Shown in pieces: positions 45,071-47,233 of a DNA stretch of 47,233 nucleotides. A program made the position numbers and the translations under genes. The DNA lies in NCBI GenBank assembly GCA_013698135.1, contig JACCVM010000026.1, forward strand, positions 1 through 47,233, written 5' to 3'. The notes under the pieces are model-generated. The model saw only the letters and a list, made by a program, of their open reading frames with translations, was not told the origin of the DNA and searched no databases. Positions within the stretch are counted from its first letter, which is position 1, and every line of letters starts with the position of its first letter. The stretch comes from Euzebyaceae bacterium. GTDB taxonomy: Bacteria; Actinomycetota; Nitriliruptoria; Euzebyales; Egibacteraceae.

Positions 45071-46084
45071 TCAGTTGGTGGGCAGGAACAGGCGGGCGAA
45101 CTCGGCCAGCGCATAGCCGTCCGTCATGCCCGATACGTAGTCGCACACGCGTTCGATCAGCGGCGCGTCGCCGCGGAACTCCAGCGGCAGGCGCTCGGGG
45201 TTCTCCAGGTAGAACACCGTGATGCTGCGCAGGCAGTGGATCGCGCGGTCGCGCTCTGCGTTGGACTCCGGACGCAGGTAAACCCGCTCGAACAAGAAGT
45301 CGCGCAGCAGGTGTTGCAAGTCGTTGATGCCCGGGCTGAGGGCCACCACCGGCCGGTCGAGGCAGTTGGCGATGACGTCGGTCACCATCGTGGTGATGCG
45401 CTGGGAAGTGGTCTCCCCCAGCGACAGGCGCACCTCGACGGGCACGTCATCGACGTCGAGCACCCCGGCCCGGAAGGCATCGTCGAGGTCGTGGTTGAGG
45501 TAGGCGATCCGGTCGGCCAGTCGCACCACCTGCCCCTCGGCGGTCGCCGGTTCGGGCATGGCCCATGGGTGGTTGAGGATCCCGTCGCGGACCTCCCACG
45601 TCAGGTTGAGGCCACGCCCGCCGCGTTCCAGTCGCTCGACGATCCGCACGCTCTGCTCGTTGTGCCGGAACGGCTCCGTGGTGAAGACCGACAGGGCTTC
45701 TTCCCCGGCATGGCCGAAGGGCGTGTGCCCAAGGTCGTGGCCCAGTGCGATGGCCTCGACCAGATCCTCGTTGAGCCGGAGACCGCGCGCCATCGTGCGC
45801 CCGATCTGGGCCACCTCCAGCGTGTGGGTCAGCCGCACCCGATAGTGGTCGCCAGCGCGGATGAAGACCTGCGTCTTGTCCTTGAGGCGGCGGAACGCCT
45901 TGGAATGGGTGATGCGGTCGCGGTCCCGCTGAAAGGCGGTGCGCAGTGGGTCGGGCTCTTCGTAGCGGTCCCGACCCTTGGATTCGACCGCGAGCGTGGC
46001 CCACGTCGACAGGCTGGCGCGCTCGAGCTCTTCGGTGCGCTCCCGGACTTGCGTCAGCGGCTTCACTGCGGCCAATCGTAACAT
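45071..46084 (-). CDS. dgt: dGTP triphosphohydrolase-like HD-domain protein
   Basis: 337 aa from ATG 46084 (MLRLAAVKPL...). Contains FQRDRDRITHSKAFRRLKDKTQVF and HD motif RLTHTLEVAQ...LGHDLGHTPFGH. Confidence 0.9.
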   Translation of the reverse strand: MLRLAAVKPLTQVRERTEELERASLSTWATLAVESKGRDRYEEPDPLRTAFQRDRDRITHSKAFRRLKDKTQVFIRAGDHYRVRLTHTLEVAQIGRTMARGLRLNEDLVEAIALGHDLGHTPFGHAGEEALSVFTTEPFRHNEQSVRIVERLERGGRGLNLTWEVRDGILNHPWAMPEPATAEGQVVRLADRIAYLNHDLDDAFRAGVLDVDDVPVEVRLSLGETTSQRITTMVTDVIANCLDRPVVALSPGINDLQHLLRDFLFERVYLRPESNAERDRAIHCLRSITVFYLENPERLPLEFRGDAPLIERVCDYVSGMTDGYALAEFARLFLPTN

Positions 46085-46132
46085 CGGTGGTATTCGCCTC
46101 TCCCGAGGCGACCCGGTCGCTGTGGAGGAGCG

Positions 46133-46462
46133 ATGGAACCGGTCCGACCCGCTCAGCTGCGCACTGCCGCACGGATCGCCGACGCCCTGGTCTACGCGGT
46201 GGGGCTGGCCGGCGTGGTAGCCGGCGCGCTGTTGCTGCGCCGCGGCGACATCGGTTTCGCGATCGTCGCGTGGTGCTTGACGTTCGTGGCCGGCGCAGGT
46301 CTGCGGCTGGCCGCCTGGCTGACCAGGGGGGTGGCCGATCTGCTGGAACGGCAAACCCGCATCGAAGAGGGGATCACCGATCTGCGCACCGAGCGTGTGG
46401 CCCGCGACCGCGAGGCCGCGCCACCCGACCCCTACGGCCGTTGGGGCTCCGGCTGGCACTGA
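46133..46462 (+). CDS. Hypothetical two-helix membrane protein
   Basis: GGAGGAG lies 4 nt before ATG 46133. 109 aa with two TM helices and then a charged tail. GC3 is high. It is divergent from dgt. Confidence 0.6.
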   Translation: MEPVRPAQLRTAARIADALVYAVGLAGVVAGALLLRRGDIGFAIVAWCLTFVAGAGLRLAAWLTRGVADLLERQTRIEEGITDLRTERVARDREAAPPDPYGRWGSGWH

Positions 46463-46471
46463 GCAACCGGG

Positions 46472-47233
46472 TCAGGTCAGGGTGAGGCGCTCGCCGAGGT
46501 AGCCCGGCAGCCGGTCGATCGACACCCGCTCCTGGATCATGGTGTCGCGGTCGCGCACCGTCACCGCGGAGTCCTCCTCGACGGTCTGGAAGTCGACGGT
46601 GACGCAGAAGGGGGTGCCTACCTCGTCCTGCCGGCGATAGCGGCGCCCGATGGCCCCGGCGTCGTCGTATTGCGCCGGCCAACGACGCTTGAGCACGTCG
46701 CTGACCTGCCGCGCGGTCGGCACCAACTTGGCGTTGCGTGACAGCGGCAGCACCGCCACCTTCACCGGTGCCAGGGCGTGGTGCAGGCGCAGCACCACCC
46801 TTCGGTCCGTCCCGCCCTTGGCGGCCGGCGCCTCCTCTTCGCGGTAGGCGTCGATGAGGAAGGTCAGGGCGCAGCGGTCGACGCCGACGGCCGGTTCCAC
46901 GACGTAGGGGACGTAGCGCTCGTCGCGCTCCTGGTCGTAGTAGGACAGGTCGCGCCCGCTGAACTCGGCGTGCCGGCGCAGATCAAAGTCGGTGCGGTTG
47001 GCGACACCCTCCAGCTCGTTCCAGGCGAACGGGAAGCGGTACTCGAAGTCGACGGTGGCCTTCGAGTAGTGCGACAGCTCCTCGGCGGAATGGTCGCGCA
47101 CCCGCAGATTTTCAGCGCGGAGTCCGAGGCCTGCATACCACTGCCAGCGCTGGGCGATCCAGTACTCGTGCCACGCTTCGTCGGTGCCAGGACGGACGAA
47201 GAACTCCATCTCCATCTGCTCGAGCTCGCGGAC
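46472..47233 (-). CDS. glyQS: Glycine--tRNA ligase (class II, dimeric GlyQS type), C-terminal part; 5' end beyond window
   Basis: The frame is open to the window edge. ...EMEFFV.PG...W..YW...R..WY..LG... and the anticodon-binding domain ...[12 protein letters not shown]....[25 protein letters not shown] are characteristic of GlyRS. Confidence 0.92.
   Translation of the reverse strand, partial: VRELEQMEMEFFVRPGTDEAWHEYWIAQRWQWYAGLGLRAENLRVRDHSAEELSHYSKATVDFEYRFPFAWNELEGVANRTDFDLRRHAEFSGRDLSYYDQERDERYVPYVVEPAVGVDRCALTFLIDAYREEEAPAAKGGTDRRVVLRLHHALAPVKVAVLPLSRNAKLVPTARQVSDVLKRRWPAQYDDAGAIGRRYRRQDEVGTPFCVTVDFQTVEEDSAVTVRDRDTMIQERVSIDRLPGYLGERLTLT

Overview
47.2 kb of very high-GC (roughly 70%, judged by eye) chromosomal DNA with actinobacterial-type synteny (glyS ... 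dgt-dnaG, tRNA-Asn nearby). It is densely packed with housekeeping and catabolic genes. I could not see any rRNA, CRISPR array, transposase, integrase or phage genes.

Gene content, left to right:
- A caa3-type cytochrome c oxidase operon: ctaC 3' end, ctaD, ctaE, a small subunit IV, ctaG and a membrane-anchored cupredoxin.
- gltA and a YceI-like gene.
- A 13 kb minus-strand gene string, mostly joined by overlapping stop/start codons: hutH-hutU-[HEPN/MNT pair]-esterase-DUF1932 oxidoreductase-hutI-hutG-large NAD-glutamate dehydrogenase.
- A D-amino-acid oxidase, a class II aldolase, a USP and an acetoacetyl-CoA synthetase.
- A secreted M23 peptidase carrying a near-identical 264-bp internal tandem duplication.
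- A PP2C-cysQ-amidohydrolase string placed head-to-head with an ABC1/UbiB kinase.
- An M20 peptidase.
- A 977-aa tri-domain fusion of kinase, M23-like and AGXT2L-type PLP domains.
- pspC, msrB, a secreted beta-propeller, tRNA-Cys and icd.
- A poorly coding ~0.5 kb gap, then a mini RTX-repeat ORF and a PH-domain membrane protein.
- tRNA-Met, an HTH plus LAGLIDADG-like ORF whose stop codon lies inside tRNA-Asn, then a YtxH-like gene.
- sigA-dnaG-dgt and the glyQS 3' part.

The most unusual observations:
- The tRNA-flanked homing-endonuclease-like gene.
- A frameshifted HEPN plus intact MNT module embedded in the hut operon.
- The tri-domain kinase/M23-like/phospho-lyase-type fusion.
- Three decayed genes: an amber-interrupted membrane protein, a YjbQ remnant and the HEPN gene.
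- Several exact or near-exact short direct repeats and palindromes in intergenic DNA.

All family assignments come from motif recognition by eye, with no database search. Many start codons were re-chosen from the ORF track using RBS position and expected N-termini, and they remain provisional.
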